Shown here: positions 9,580 to 18,614 of the stretch, piece after piece
Numbering within the stretch: position 1 is the stretch's first letter
Layout of the letters: every line of letters begins with the position of its first letter
Assembly (NCBI GenBank): GCA_002367695.1
Contig: DFDK01000114.1
Location: forward strand, 41,338 to 87,144
Length of the DNA: 45,807 nt
Reading direction: 5' to 3'
Source of the DNA: Acidimicrobium sp. UBA3029
Lineage (GTDB): Bacteria; Actinomycetota; Acidimicrobiia; Acidimicrobiales; Ilumatobacteraceae
The notes under the pieces: generated by a model
Database searches by the model: none
What the model was told of the DNA's origin: nothing
Seen by the model: only the letters and a program-made list of their open reading frames with translations
Translations under genes and position numbers: made by a program

Positions 9580-10731
9580 ATGACATCTGAACCACTTTCG
9601 CGCAGCGTCGCATGGGCTCAAACAATGGACGGCTTTGCTTCAGACGAACAGATTCGTTTCGCCCACAAAGACTCGTGGTCTGGCCCAGGTGCGCGTCAGA
9701 TCATTGATCGTGCCGAGCGTGAATCACGCGAAGAATCTGCTCTTGCCCCACTAGCCACACGTGCATTTGGTGCTGGCAACCGCGCCAATGCCCAGGAAGC
9801 AGACCCATTTCGTACCTGTTTCGAACGAGATCGCGACCGCATCTTGCATGCCTCAGCCTTTCGTCGTCTTGCGGGCAAAACTCAAGTGTTCGTATTTCCG
9901 CAAGATCATCAACGCACTCGTCTTACTCATGCTCTCGAAGTTGCCCAAGTCGCAACGTCGGTTGCACGTGCGCTCGCACTCAACCTCGCACTCACCGAGG
10001 CCATTGCTCTCGGTCATGATTGCGGTCATGGACCAGGTGGACACGCTTCTGAAGATGCTTTGAGTCCATTTGTTCCCCAAGGTTTTGATCACGCCGTCTG
10101 GGGCGCCGATGTCACTCTTGTCCCACTCAATTTGTGTGTCGAGACCCTTGACGGTATTCGCAATCACTCGTGGTCACGTCCGGCGCCAATGACCCCCGAA
10201 GGCGAAGTTGTCTCATGGGCCGACCGCATTGCTTACGTCTGTCACGACTTTGAAGATGCCGCGGCGGCCGGAATTGTTACCATCGATCAACTCCCAGAAC
10301 AAGTGCGCACACTTTGCGGCACTGCTCGCTCACAACAACTTCGATCGTTCATCTCGTCAATGATCACGGCAACTGCCTCAACTGGCCGTATCGGCATGCA
10401 ACCAGTACAAGCCGACGCTCTCGCAGAGTTTCGTCGCTTCAACTACGAAAATATTTACATGCGCGATGCGTCTCGCAACCAAGCAAAATCGGTTATCGAT
10501 CTGCTGCAAGCACTTGTCGAGCATTACGCCAGTCATCCACATTTGATGCTTGCAGACAACGCACAAGGTGCGAGCCTTGCAAATCACATCGCCCCAGCAC
10601 ATTCAACCGAAGCTTTGCACAACGCTGTTGCATATGTCGGAGGTATGACGGACAGGTTTGCATGCCGCCAAGGCACAGCACTACTGGGTTGGGATGCGAG
10701 CAGACTCCCTCAAGGAATCGATACAAACTAA
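9580..10731 (+). CDS. dgt: dGTPase-like HD-domain triphosphohydrolase
   Basis: FERDRDRILHASAFRRLAGKTQVF and an HD motif (THALEVAQV..LGHDCGHGPGGH). The start is uncertain: 9580 or the ATG at 9625. Confidence 0.8.
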   Translation: MTSEPLSRSVAWAQTMDGFASDEQIRFAHKDSWSGPGARQIIDRAERESREESALAPLATRAFGAGNRANAQEADPFRTCFERDRDRILHASAFRRLAGKTQVFVFPQDHQRTRLTHALEVAQVATSVARALALNLALTEAIALGHDCGHGPGGHASEDALSPFVPQGFDHAVWGADVTLVPLNLCVETLDGIRNHSWSRPAPMTPEGEVVSWADRIAYVCHDFEDAAAAGIVTIDQLPEQVRTLCGTARSQQLRSFISSMITATASTGRIGMQPVQADALAEFRRFNYENIYMRDASRNQAKSVIDLLQALVEHYASHPHLMLADNAQGASLANHIAPAHSTEALHNAVAYVGGMTDRFACRQGTALLGWDASRLPQGIDTN

Positions 10732-10751
10732 TTCGTTATTACAACGAATTA
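10729..10751. terminator. perfect 9-bp inverted repeat (TAATTCGTT-ATTAC-AACGAATTA) between convergent dgt and rpmA; possible bidirectional terminator
   Basis: I read the hairpin directly from the sequence. Its two arms begin and end with the TAA stop codons of dgt (10729-10731) and rpmA (10749-10751). It is AT-rich and has no clean U-tract, so any terminator function is inferred. Confidence 0.4.
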
Positions 10752-11003
10752 AATGTTTGGAATAACGTCAACGACCTTGCGGCCACGACGCTCACCAAAC
10801 TTGACGCTGCCATGCGAAAGCGCAAACAGCGTGTCGTCTTTGCCAATGCCCACGTTGTTTCCTGGGTGCACTTTTGTGCCGCGTTGACGAATCAAAATTG
10901 TTCCTGCTGTGATCTTCGTTCCGTCAAATACTTTGACACCGAGTCGTTGCGCGTTCGAATCGCGACCGTTGCGGGTTGAGCCGCCACCCTTGGTTTTCGA
11001 CAT
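10749..11003 (-). CDS. rpmA: 50S ribosomal protein L27
   Basis: [28 protein letters not shown] is the canonical L27 N-terminus. Confidence 0.97.
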   Translation of the reverse strand: MSKTKGGGSTRNGRDSNAQRLGVKVFDGTKITAGTILIRQRGTKVHPGNNVGIGKDDTLFALSHGSVKFGERRGRKVVDVIPNI

Positions 11004-11008
11004 GAGAA

Positions 11009-11320
11009 TTAGCCTTTCTGAATGTTGGTGATTTCAATCACCGAATACTTTTGGCGATGACCAAAACGACGACGCTGGTTGGTACGACGCTTGTAAGTAA
11101 AGCCGTCGATCTTCGGACCAGCAGCAATGCCCATAACCTTTGCGGTTACTAATGACTTAGCGAGCTGTGCAGGAGTAGCAAGAACAGTTGATCCGTCCAC
11201 GAGCATGATCGGGGTGAAGTTCACCTCTGAGCCCTCTTGAGCATCGAGCAGTTCGACATGGACCTGTTGGCCCTTGGCGACCTTCTCTTGCTTGCCTCCG
11301 GTTGCGATAATTGCGTACAT
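11009..11320 (-). CDS. rplU: 50S ribosomal protein L21
   Basis: [18 protein letters not shown] is the canonical L21 N-terminus. It lies 5 nt upstream of rpmA. Confidence 0.97.
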   Translation of the reverse strand: MYAIIATGGKQEKVAKGQQVHVELLDAQEGSEVNFTPIMLVDGSTVLATPAQLAKSLVTAKVMGIAAGPKIDGFTYKRRTNQRRRFGHRQKYSVIEITNIQKG

Positions 11321-11393
11321 AAGAAGTCCCTACTCTATCCCTTTCGTTACCAGTAACCCAACCACCGGTTGGGCTTTATTAAGTGAGCCGTAT

Positions 11394-13424
11394 TTAATCA
11401 AGCATTGACAGATCAAGCGTAAATCCACGACTGTCGCAAACTGCGCAGGCATCGGAAAAACTCGTCAGCAATCCTTCTCCAATGCGTTTACGGGTCATCT
11501 CCACAAGACCAAGTTCGGAAATCTCAAAAACCTGAGTTCGAGTTTTATCGCGAGCAAGTGCATCTTTGAACGACTCAAGAACCTTGCGGCGGTTTTCCCT
11601 GATCTCCATATCGATGAAGTCAATCACGATGATGCCGCCGATATCGCGCAAGCGCAGTTGGCGGGCAATCTCTTCTGCGGCCTCAAGGTTGTTATAGAAA
11701 ACAGTCTCTTCCAAATTCGATTTACCCACGTTTTTGCCAGTATTGACGTCAATCACCGTAAGTGCTTCGGTGTGCTCAATGATCAGCGAGCCACCAGAAG
11801 GTAGCCACACTTTCTTGTCTAGCGCCTTGAGCAATTGCTCATGCACACGATACTGCTCAAACAATGGGAGCTCGTCAGCGCTCGGGTTGTACAACTCGAC
11901 ACGATCGGCAAACTCTGGATTGAAAGCTTGGATGTAATCACGAACTTCGGCAAATAACACTGGGTCATCGATAACGACGCCGCGATACTCGCTCGTAAAT
12001 TCTTCACGAATCACACGTACAGCCAGTGGAGGCTCACGGTAAAGCAATGTTGGTGAATTGGCTTTTTCTGCCGCGCTACGAATGGCATCCCACTGCGCAA
12101 GCAATCTGGTCATGTCAGTGGTGAGTTCATGCTCCGTTGCATTCTCTGCGGCCGTACGCACGATAATTCCGTGCTGTTCTGGTTTAATTCGATCAAGAAT
12201 GCCGCGCAGTCTCCGGCGCTCGCCCTCTGGCAATCGTTTTGAAATTCCGTAAGTTTGTGAATCAGGAATGAGAACAACAAAACGTCCAGGTAGCGACACT
12301 TCTTGAGTAAGCCGGCCACCCTTTGCAGCAATCGGATTCTTTGTAACTTGACATAAAATCAATTGACGTGCTTTTAGTACTTGCTCGATGCGTGGGTCTG
12401 CACCCTGTTCTACAACATCTTCTTTGTCAAACTGTAGGTCGCCGCGATACAACACTGCATTTTTCGGCGTACCGATATCAACAAATGCCGCCTCCATGCC
12501 CGGTAATACATTTTGCACTCGACCCAAATAAATATTTCCGTGAATCTGCGAGTCATCATCTGCCGGTCGTGATACATAATGCTCGATCAGGCTTCTGCCC
12601 TCGAGCATCGCAACTTGTGTGAAATCAGGTCGCACCTGTACGCACATGAGGTAGCGGCCAACAGCTTTACCGTTACGTTCTTTGCCCTTGCGGCGCTCCA
12701 TCAACTCGGCATCTGTTCCCGGTGTTGTATCCCGGTCGTCTGAGCGAGTGCTTCGACCGCGGCGGTTGCGTCCGCCCCGCTTGCCCCCGCGGCGACTCTT
12801 ATTTCGTTCGCCACCCTCTGAAGCTTTGTCATTTTCGTCGGCATTGATATTTTCTTTACCTTTTCGAATTTGACCCGACAACTTTGAAAGCTTGGCAGTT
12901 GGCAAAGCGGTTTGTGCACTCGGTGGTGCAGGACGAGTATCGCCGATCTGTGGCTTTCTTACCAAAGCCTCGCCTGCCACCTCGGACGACATCATTCGAC
13001 CCTCATTTGGTGGGTCCGGTAACTCGAGCGGCTGGCGCTGAGTGCGAGGCGGTTGCTGCGGGCGAGCATCGCCACCCACCCTCACCGTGCCTATCGATGA
13101 GGTATCAACAGCAGATGTTTCGTTATCTGCAGTTTCGTCCCCATAGTCACCATCAACGTCATCGGATTCAACCGAATCGTTTTCCACCCTGTTGGCATCT
13201 GATGATTGAGTCCGTGTGCCGCTAGCACTTGTGCGATTGCGATTTCGACCTCCGCGGCGACCACGGCGGCGCTTTTTTGCGGCTGCTATCGCCGCAGTTG
13301 ACTGTGGACTCAGGGCAGGTCTCTGATCTGGTGCATCACTACCTGGAGCATCACTGCCCGGTGTGTTGCCAGAAGGATTGCCTGAATACTCGGGGACAGA
13401 TGCCCCTGGAACTACTTCACTCAT
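11394..13424 (-). CDS. rne: ribonuclease E/G family endoribonuclease with long disordered N-terminal extension
   Basis: S1 domain GNIYLGRVQNVLPGMEAAFVDIG, DNase-I-like region VIDVNTGK, C-terminal CAVCDSRG Zn-link. The roughly 255 residues before the S1 domain are low complexity. The true start could be an internal Met. Confidence 0.85.
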   Translation of the reverse strand: MSEVVPGASVPEYSGNPSGNTPGSDAPGSDAPDQRPALSPQSTAAIAAAKKRRRGRRGGRNRNRTSASGTRTQSSDANRVENDSVESDDVDGDYGDETADNETSAVDTSSIGTVRVGGDARPQQPPRTQRQPLELPDPPNEGRMMSSEVAGEALVRKPQIGDTRPAPPSAQTALPTAKLSKLSGQIRKGKENINADENDKASEGGERNKSRRGGKRGGRNRRGRSTRSDDRDTTPGTDAELMERRKGKERNGKAVGRYLMCVQVRPDFTQVAMLEGRSLIEHYVSRPADDDSQIHGNIYLGRVQNVLPGMEAAFVDIGTPKNAVLYRGDLQFDKEDVVEQGADPRIEQVLKARQLILCQVTKNPIAAKGGRLTQEVSLPGRFVVLIPDSQTYGISKRLPEGERRRLRGILDRIKPEQHGIIVRTAAENATEHELTTDMTRLLAQWDAIRSAAEKANSPTLLYREPPLAVRVIREEFTSEYRGVVIDDPVLFAEVRDYIQAFNPEFADRVELYNPSADELPLFEQYRVHEQLLKALDKKVWLPSGGSLIIEHTEALTVIDVNTGKNVGKSNLEETVFYNNLEAAEEIARQLRLRDIGGIIVIDFIDMEIRENRRKVLESFKDALARDKTRTQVFEISELGLVEMTRKRIGEGLLTSFSDACAVCDSRGFTLDLSMLD

Positions 13425-13651
13425 ATGTCTTGCTCGTTTCCTTGATGAGATATCGCACCGAGGTGGCAGCGTTGCCGTCCACGTGCAATATCGTCGCGGT
13501 CCAGCGCTTCGAAGGAGGAAGACTCGTCTTCGCTCTTTCGGATCGCTATCGCGTGATCGACCTTGGGATGGGCAAATCGCCCGTCCTTGTCCTTCAGGCT
13601 ACCCCCTGCCCCTACGCCAAGTGCGGCTCTAAGAGGGCTTTGTCGGCCGAA

Positions 13652-14842
13652 CTAATTCAGACGCCTCATATGTACGCTCTGGACCAGACCCACCATGACG
13701 CCCATAGACATCATGTGCGAGCCGCCATATGAGATAAATGGGAGCGGCAACCCGCTTACAGGGGTCAGACCCATTGTCATTCCGATGTTCTGAAACACCT
13801 GGAACGTCATCAACGTAAAAATTCCACTCGTTATATATAACCCAAAGCGGTCACGAGCCATCTGGGCAATACGCCATACCCTCCACAACATCACGGCAAA
13901 TAATGCAATCACCACTCCTCCACCAAGCATTCCAAATTGCTCGGCAATCGCCGAAAAAGGGAAATCGGTGAACTGAACTGGAATGTATTTGCCATTCGTC
14001 AGTGGACCCTGCAAATATCCTTTACCGAAAAAGCCGCCCGTTGACACAGCACGTTTCGCAAAACGCACTTGTAATACCACTGACTCAAGTGCTTTATCGC
14101 GCGAGTCTTGGTGCAGCCAAGATACAAAGCGACGTAATTGGTAGGTGCCGATAAATCCGTTGACCATGACTGTGCCCATAGTTACTATGGAGAGCCCGGT
14201 GATCATTAACAAATATCGGCGACGTGCGCCAGCAACAAGCAAGACACCCACCACACCAGCCACAATTACCGTCGCTGACCCAAGATCTGGCTGCAACAGA
14301 ATGAGTGCAACCGGTGCACCCACGATGTATAGCGACATCACAAAGTGGTGCCAATCGATCTTGGTGTCGCTTGCCTCACTGAAATAGCTTGCAACCAAAA
14401 CAAGAATGATCGGCTTCATGAACTCGGCAGGCTGCAGTGAGAACGAAACAATCGGCACATTGAACGACAATCGAGCACCTCCGCGCACGGCTCCGTACAC
14501 GAGCACCAACACAAGCAACAACATCAGTCCGCCGTACAACAGACCAATCTGCGACCTAAACCACTCATGTCCAATAGCCATCACAATCGCAGCAACGGAA
14601 GCTGCAGCAATTATGTAACCGGCTTGGCGCTGAGTATAAAAATATGGATCAAATTCTTGATCAAGCAATCGCAAGTGCGTTGTAGAAAACACGTTGAACA
14701 AACCGATGACCGACTGAAGTACGACAACTGCAATCAGTATCCAGTCGATGTTGCGAATTGGATCTGCATAGCTACCGCTAAAACCAAACGTGCCGCTGCT
14801 GGTCGGCTGACCAAACCTGCGCCTCAAAGTTTGAATTGACAT
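13652..14842 (-). CDS. rodA: SEDS-family peptidoglycan polymerase RodA
   Basis: FtsW/RodA/SpoVE-type polytopic protein ending ..ISYGGSHMMSMGVMVGLVQSV. I placed the start at the ATG at 14840-14842, which overlaps the PBP2 TGA as ATGA. The ORF track extends 12 codons further upstream. Confidence 0.85.
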   Translation of the reverse strand: MSIQTLRRRFGQPTSSGTFGFSGSYADPIRNIDWILIAVVVLQSVIGLFNVFSTTHLRLLDQEFDPYFYTQRQAGYIIAAASVAAIVMAIGHEWFRSQIGLLYGGLMLLLVLVLVYGAVRGGARLSFNVPIVSFSLQPAEFMKPIILVLVASYFSEASDTKIDWHHFVMSLYIVGAPVALILLQPDLGSATVIVAGVVGVLLVAGARRRYLLMITGLSIVTMGTVMVNGFIGTYQLRRFVSWLHQDSRDKALESVVLQVRFAKRAVSTGGFFGKGYLQGPLTNGKYIPVQFTDFPFSAIAEQFGMLGGGVVIALFAVMLWRVWRIAQMARDRFGLYITSGIFTLMTFQVFQNIGMTMGLTPVSGLPLPFISYGGSHMMSMGVMVGLVQSVHMRRLN

Positions 14843-17013
14843 CAGTCGCGACTGTCCGATCGACCACCAGCCAAGCACGATGGATTACGCAAGTACGTCG
14901 GTGGCGCGGCAATTCCACTCTGAATGTTGAGTGGATCGGCAGCAACTACGCTGTCCAATTTGTATCGACCAGCAAGCGCCACAAACATACATTTCACGAC
15001 AGGCGCTGCTGCCTGTGATCCATATCCAGATTTCTCTAAATAAGCGTATGCCGAATAAGGCTGCAATGGATCAAGGCTGTACGCACCAAACGCCGATGAG
15101 TCATTCCATGGCAAGTTGCCAAACCCTTGAGCTGTTCCGGTTTTACCCGCGATCGGAAGCACATCGTATGGATATCCCCTAAACAACAGCTCGCCTGTTG
15201 TCTTGTGGTAGTAGCCAAAATTAACTCCAGGGCCCGTTATCACTCGAGACATTCCACGCACGATTGGCGCAAGTCGATCGCCAGTCGTGTCCAAGGTCCT
15301 CACAGGCTCTTGGGTGTCAAAACGCTCGACCACATTTGCCATCGTGAGATCTGCAACTCCCGGTGATTTATCCAGGGTTCCTGGCGCAAGCACTTCTTGT
15401 ACTACGTGCGGTGTAAACAGTTTCCCACCGTTGCCGAGCACACCATATGCAGTTGCCACCTGCATAGGTGTTGCCGACAACAGGCCCTGACCGATCGCAA
15501 ACAGCACCTGATCACCGACGTAGTACGCACTACCAGACTCTTGCGAAATTGCACCAATATCGGCCATGCGTTTCTTCAGTGCCTTGCTCGGTATCGTGCC
15601 AGCAAATTCATTGGGCAAATCAATATTTGTTGGTGAACCAAAACCAAATAATCGAACCTGCTCCTCGAGGATCGGTTTGTAGCCACGCTCAGTCAAGATC
15701 TGCTCACCAATTTTATAGAAAAACGCGTCACTCGAAACTGCAAGCGCTTCCTCTACCGTCACACTTCCAAATCTGCAAGCTGAGCCTGTTGCGCGACAGA
15801 TAGCATTTCTAAATACGCACTTCACGCCCTCTTGACAACGATCGCTTGGAATACTTTCCAACTTGTATGTACCGCGATCATCGAACACGTACTCAGCGCC
15901 ACCCGGAAGTTGTCCAGTGTTCAACGCTGCATAAGCAACGAATGGCTTAAACGACGACCCTAAGTTGTACCGACCAGAAATTGCACGGTTAACCAGCACC
16001 GACAAGTCGGGGTCATCCGTTTGTGGAAACACTTGAGCGAATTTGTTACTTGACACACCACCGGCGAACCAACGATTGTCAAATCTAGGATAAGACGCCA
16101 TCGCAATCACTTGACCAGTGTCGTGATTCATCACCACGACCGATCCGGCAGGAGCCTTATAGTAAACCGCATCAGGAAAAAGTGGATCTAACGTGCCATC
16201 GGGCAACCGCACGTTTCCTGCTTCAACTCTGCGCCGAAGGACAAGCTCCGTCTCTAGAGTCTGCTCAGCAAACTGCTGCAAGCTCATGTCGATTGATAAA
16301 TGTAAATCGTTGCCGACAATTGGCTCCACTCGCTCGATTAAGCGCAATAATTTTCCTTGTGCGTTCACCTCATAACGGACGTAGCCAGGCGTACCACGCA
16401 AAGTTGGTTCGTATGATTGTTCTACTCCATACCCACCAACACGCTCATTTGGGTCGTAGCCAATCGACTTGTAATACGCGAGAGTCTTTTGCAATATTGC
16501 GCCGATATACCCAACGACATGGCTTCCAATTGCACCGAATGGATAATTACGTTTCCATTCCTCGCGCACATAGATGCCCGGATAATCCTCAATTCGTTCG
16601 GCCAAAAATAGGGCTGTTTCCTCCGAGACGTCTTCCTTCAAAGGCAAAGCCTCAAGCGGACCAAAGCGCTTATCTTCATACCTTTTAAACAACGCTTCAA
16701 TCGGCATTTCCAATGGACCAGACAGTCGTTGGAACATCTCCAATCGATCTATCGAATCTTTCAACACTCCACGATCAATAGTCACAGTCAAAATTCGTTT
16801 ATTGTCGGCAACCACACGGCCCCCCGCGTCAAAGATGCGTCCGCGCTCTGGCAACAGTCGAATCGTTCGAGTCCGCACTGCGAGCACCACCGACTCATTA
16901 TCTTTAGCTTGAACTGCCTGCAAAAACCACATTCGCACAGACAAGGAACCCAACAACATGGCCGCCGCAACTGCGAGTGCGGTGAGTCTTCGTGAATGGT
17001 TATTGATTGCCAT
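14842..17013 (-). CDS. mrdA: penicillin-binding protein 2 (class B transpeptidase)
   Basis: N-terminal TM segment LTALAVAAAMLLGSL, PBP dimerisation domain, transpeptidase motifs SSFKP and KTGTA. I placed the start at the ATG at 17011-17013 (MAINNH..), 5 nt after the mreD stop. The longer track ORF would overlap mreD. Confidence 0.85.
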   Translation of the reverse strand: MAINNHSRRLTALAVAAAMLLGSLSVRMWFLQAVQAKDNESVVLAVRTRTIRLLPERGRIFDAGGRVVADNKRILTVTIDRGVLKDSIDRLEMFQRLSGPLEMPIEALFKRYEDKRFGPLEALPLKEDVSEETALFLAERIEDYPGIYVREEWKRNYPFGAIGSHVVGYIGAILQKTLAYYKSIGYDPNERVGGYGVEQSYEPTLRGTPGYVRYEVNAQGKLLRLIERVEPIVGNDLHLSIDMSLQQFAEQTLETELVLRRRVEAGNVRLPDGTLDPLFPDAVYYKAPAGSVVVMNHDTGQVIAMASYPRFDNRWFAGGVSSNKFAQVFPQTDDPDLSVLVNRAISGRYNLGSSFKPFVAYAALNTGQLPGGAEYVFDDRGTYKLESIPSDRCQEGVKCVFRNAICRATGSACRFGSVTVEEALAVSSDAFFYKIGEQILTERGYKPILEEQVRLFGFGSPTNIDLPNEFAGTIPSKALKKRMADIGAISQESGSAYYVGDQVLFAIGQGLLSATPMQVATAYGVLGNGGKLFTPHVVQEVLAPGTLDKSPGVADLTMANVVERFDTQEPVRTLDTTGDRLAPIVRGMSRVITGPGVNFGYYHKTTGELLFRGYPYDVLPIAGKTGTAQGFGNLPWNDSSAFGAYSLDPLQPYSAYAYLEKSGYGSQAAAPVVKCMFVALAGRYKLDSVVAADPLNIQSGIAAPPTYLRNPSCLAGGRSDSRD

Positions 17014-17018
17014 TGCGT

Positions 17019-17537
17019 CTATCCAACAGGCGATTCTTTGAGAGCCCAACGACAGACCGGCAGCAACAGTGGCGCAATGCTCATTCCCGAGACAACCAAA
17101 AACACGACTACCACGACTACGTGCGGTGGAAAATGACCGCCAAAACCCACCATCGACTGTGCGACCGGAAATGCCAACTCGCCCACTGCTCCAACGACTC
17201 CGATTGTGATGGCTCTTGTCCACCATGTAGGTTCTCGAACAAAGAACGGCAGGAGTCCTGCTGCGTATGCAGCAGCCCCAAATACCAACGATGCAAGACC
17301 AAGCGGCATTGACAGCACGCAGTCATACATCACACCAATGATCAGTCCTGCGGTTGCACCAATCTCTGATCCATACAATGTTCCAGCAGTCACCGCAAAC
17401 AACAACATCACCGGAAGCATGACATCGAATGGTCGCACGTCATTCAAAAGAGTGGTTTGCAACCCGAGCAATATCAACGACACCAACACAAGCCGAGTCC
17501 AACGACTAGCCATTATCCGTAGCAGTCTCTCGCTCAC
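17019..17537 (-). CDS. mreD: rod shape-determining protein MreD
   Basis: 172-aa multi-TM protein between mreC and pbp2. Its GTG start overlaps the mreC stop as GTGA. The call rests mainly on position and topology. Confidence 0.7.
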   Translation of the reverse strand: MSERLLRIMASRWTRLVLVSLILLGLQTTLLNDVRPFDVMLPVMLLFAVTAGTLYGSEIGATAGLIIGVMYDCVLSMPLGLASLVFGAAAYAAGLLPFFVREPTWWTRAITIGVVGAVGELAFPVAQSMVGFGGHFPPHVVVVVVFLVVSGMSIAPLLLPVCRWALKESPVG

Positions 17538-18595
17538 GGTGCCGTTCGTTCAGTGATCGGTTGATATAAAAGGATGCGCACAAAACTCAAATTGCTCAGG
17601 TCTGCGACTATGTCGATTTCTAGTATCGGTCCGGCAGTGCCAAGCCTCTCTTTCACGCGAGACACAGTCCCCACCACAATGTCTGGCGGTGCAAGACTGA
17701 GCGAACCACCAGCAGTCACAATTGGCGACCCAGGCTGAACAACACCGAAGCGTTGGGTCGCATCGATGAAACGCACTGTTGGTACACGCCCCACTCCACG
17801 ACCTTCCAAGATTCCTGTTTCACGAACCGAAACATTGCTACCAGGCGGAATTGTTAACGATGAAGAAATGATCGGAGTCCTAGGTGCCACTATCGAGCCC
17901 GGAGTGAAGCCGGCAATGTTTGACGTTGCCGGCACAGTCGGAACAGTTATTTGCGGGTCTATCGAGTCGGGCACCGAAACTATCGTCACTGCAGATGCGG
18001 GGTCTTCGTTTGGCGCCGTAGTGACTGTCGTCTTTGGAGCGTTAATAATTTTTACCGACAGTGCATACTGCGGGTCAGTGATTAACATCACGACTGCGCG
18101 ATTTGCAAACACTTGTGTGATCCTGCCAACGAGGCCCGCGGCGTTAAGCACCGGCATCCCTACTTTGATGCCGCTTTCTGTCCCCTGATCAATTTCTACA
18201 CTCTGGGAAAAATTGGATGGAGAGTCACCAATCACTTGGGCACTGACCGAGTTGATACCTGCCAATGTTGGTAATCCGTTGAGCGCAAGCAACTCTTGAG
18301 ATAAACGCACTGAAGCTGCCGCCGCGACTGCCGCTCCTTCTTGCTGCGCAATCTTTTCTCGTAGCAGTTCATTCTCTACTGTTACGTCGTTGTAGTGGGT
18401 TATTCCATACCATGCATTTGTGGCAGGTCGAGTAACTACCCGAGCCACACTTTCAACCGGTCTAAACACTGCCCCAAAAATCGACCGCATCGACTTTGTT
18501 GCCGCACTTCCTTGCAGATCAAGTGTTACCAAGATGATCGATGTCAGCACAAGCAGCGCCATGATCCGCCTCGACTTCATTGACCGAACAGCCAC
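17534..18595 (-). CDS. mreC: rod shape-determining protein MreC
   Basis: N-terminal TM segment, coiled-coil ENELLREKIAQQE, beta-barrel motifs AAGLVGRITQV and IVTAGG..PPDIVVGTV. It lies immediately downstream of mreB. Confidence 0.85.
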   Translation of the reverse strand: MAVRSMKSRRIMALLVLTSIILVTLDLQGSAATKSMRSIFGAVFRPVESVARVVTRPATNAWYGITHYNDVTVENELLREKIAQQEGAAVAAAASVRLSQELLALNGLPTLAGINSVSAQVIGDSPSNFSQSVEIDQGTESGIKVGMPVLNAAGLVGRITQVFANRAVVMLITDPQYALSVKIINAPKTTVTTAPNEDPASAVTIVSVPDSIDPQITVPTVPATSNIAGFTPGSIVAPRTPIISSSLTIPPGSNVSVRETGILEGRGVGRVPTVRFIDATQRFGVVQPGSPIVTAGGSLSLAPPDIVVGTVSRVKERLGTAGPILEIDIVADLSNLSFVRILLYQPITERTAP

Positions 18596-18614
18596 TAAGA
18601 AACCCTACACAGAC

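Noticed and set aside
9532-9621. 30-codon N-terminal extension of obg that would overlap the divergent dgt-like gene
   Set aside because: The Obg consensus N-terminus (MSAFVDEAQLNV..) begins at the internal ATG at 9529-9531, and the extension has no Obg-like sequence.
13512-13518. Strong plus-strand AAGGAGG in the rodA-rne spacer, suggesting a hidden plus-strand small gene
   Set aside because: There is no ATG, GTG or TTG within a usable distance downstream in any frame. The plus-strand ORFs through this region (89 and 167 aa) start upstream of the motif, so this SD could not serve them, and they translate to Arg/Pro-rich nonsense. I treat the motif as its complement on the rne leader.
17014-17226. 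71-codon N-terminal extension of PBP2 overlapping mreD
   Set aside because: The ATG at 17011-17013 is followed at once by the expected membrane anchor and lies 5 nt after the mreD stop. The extension would overlap mreD by more than 200 nt.
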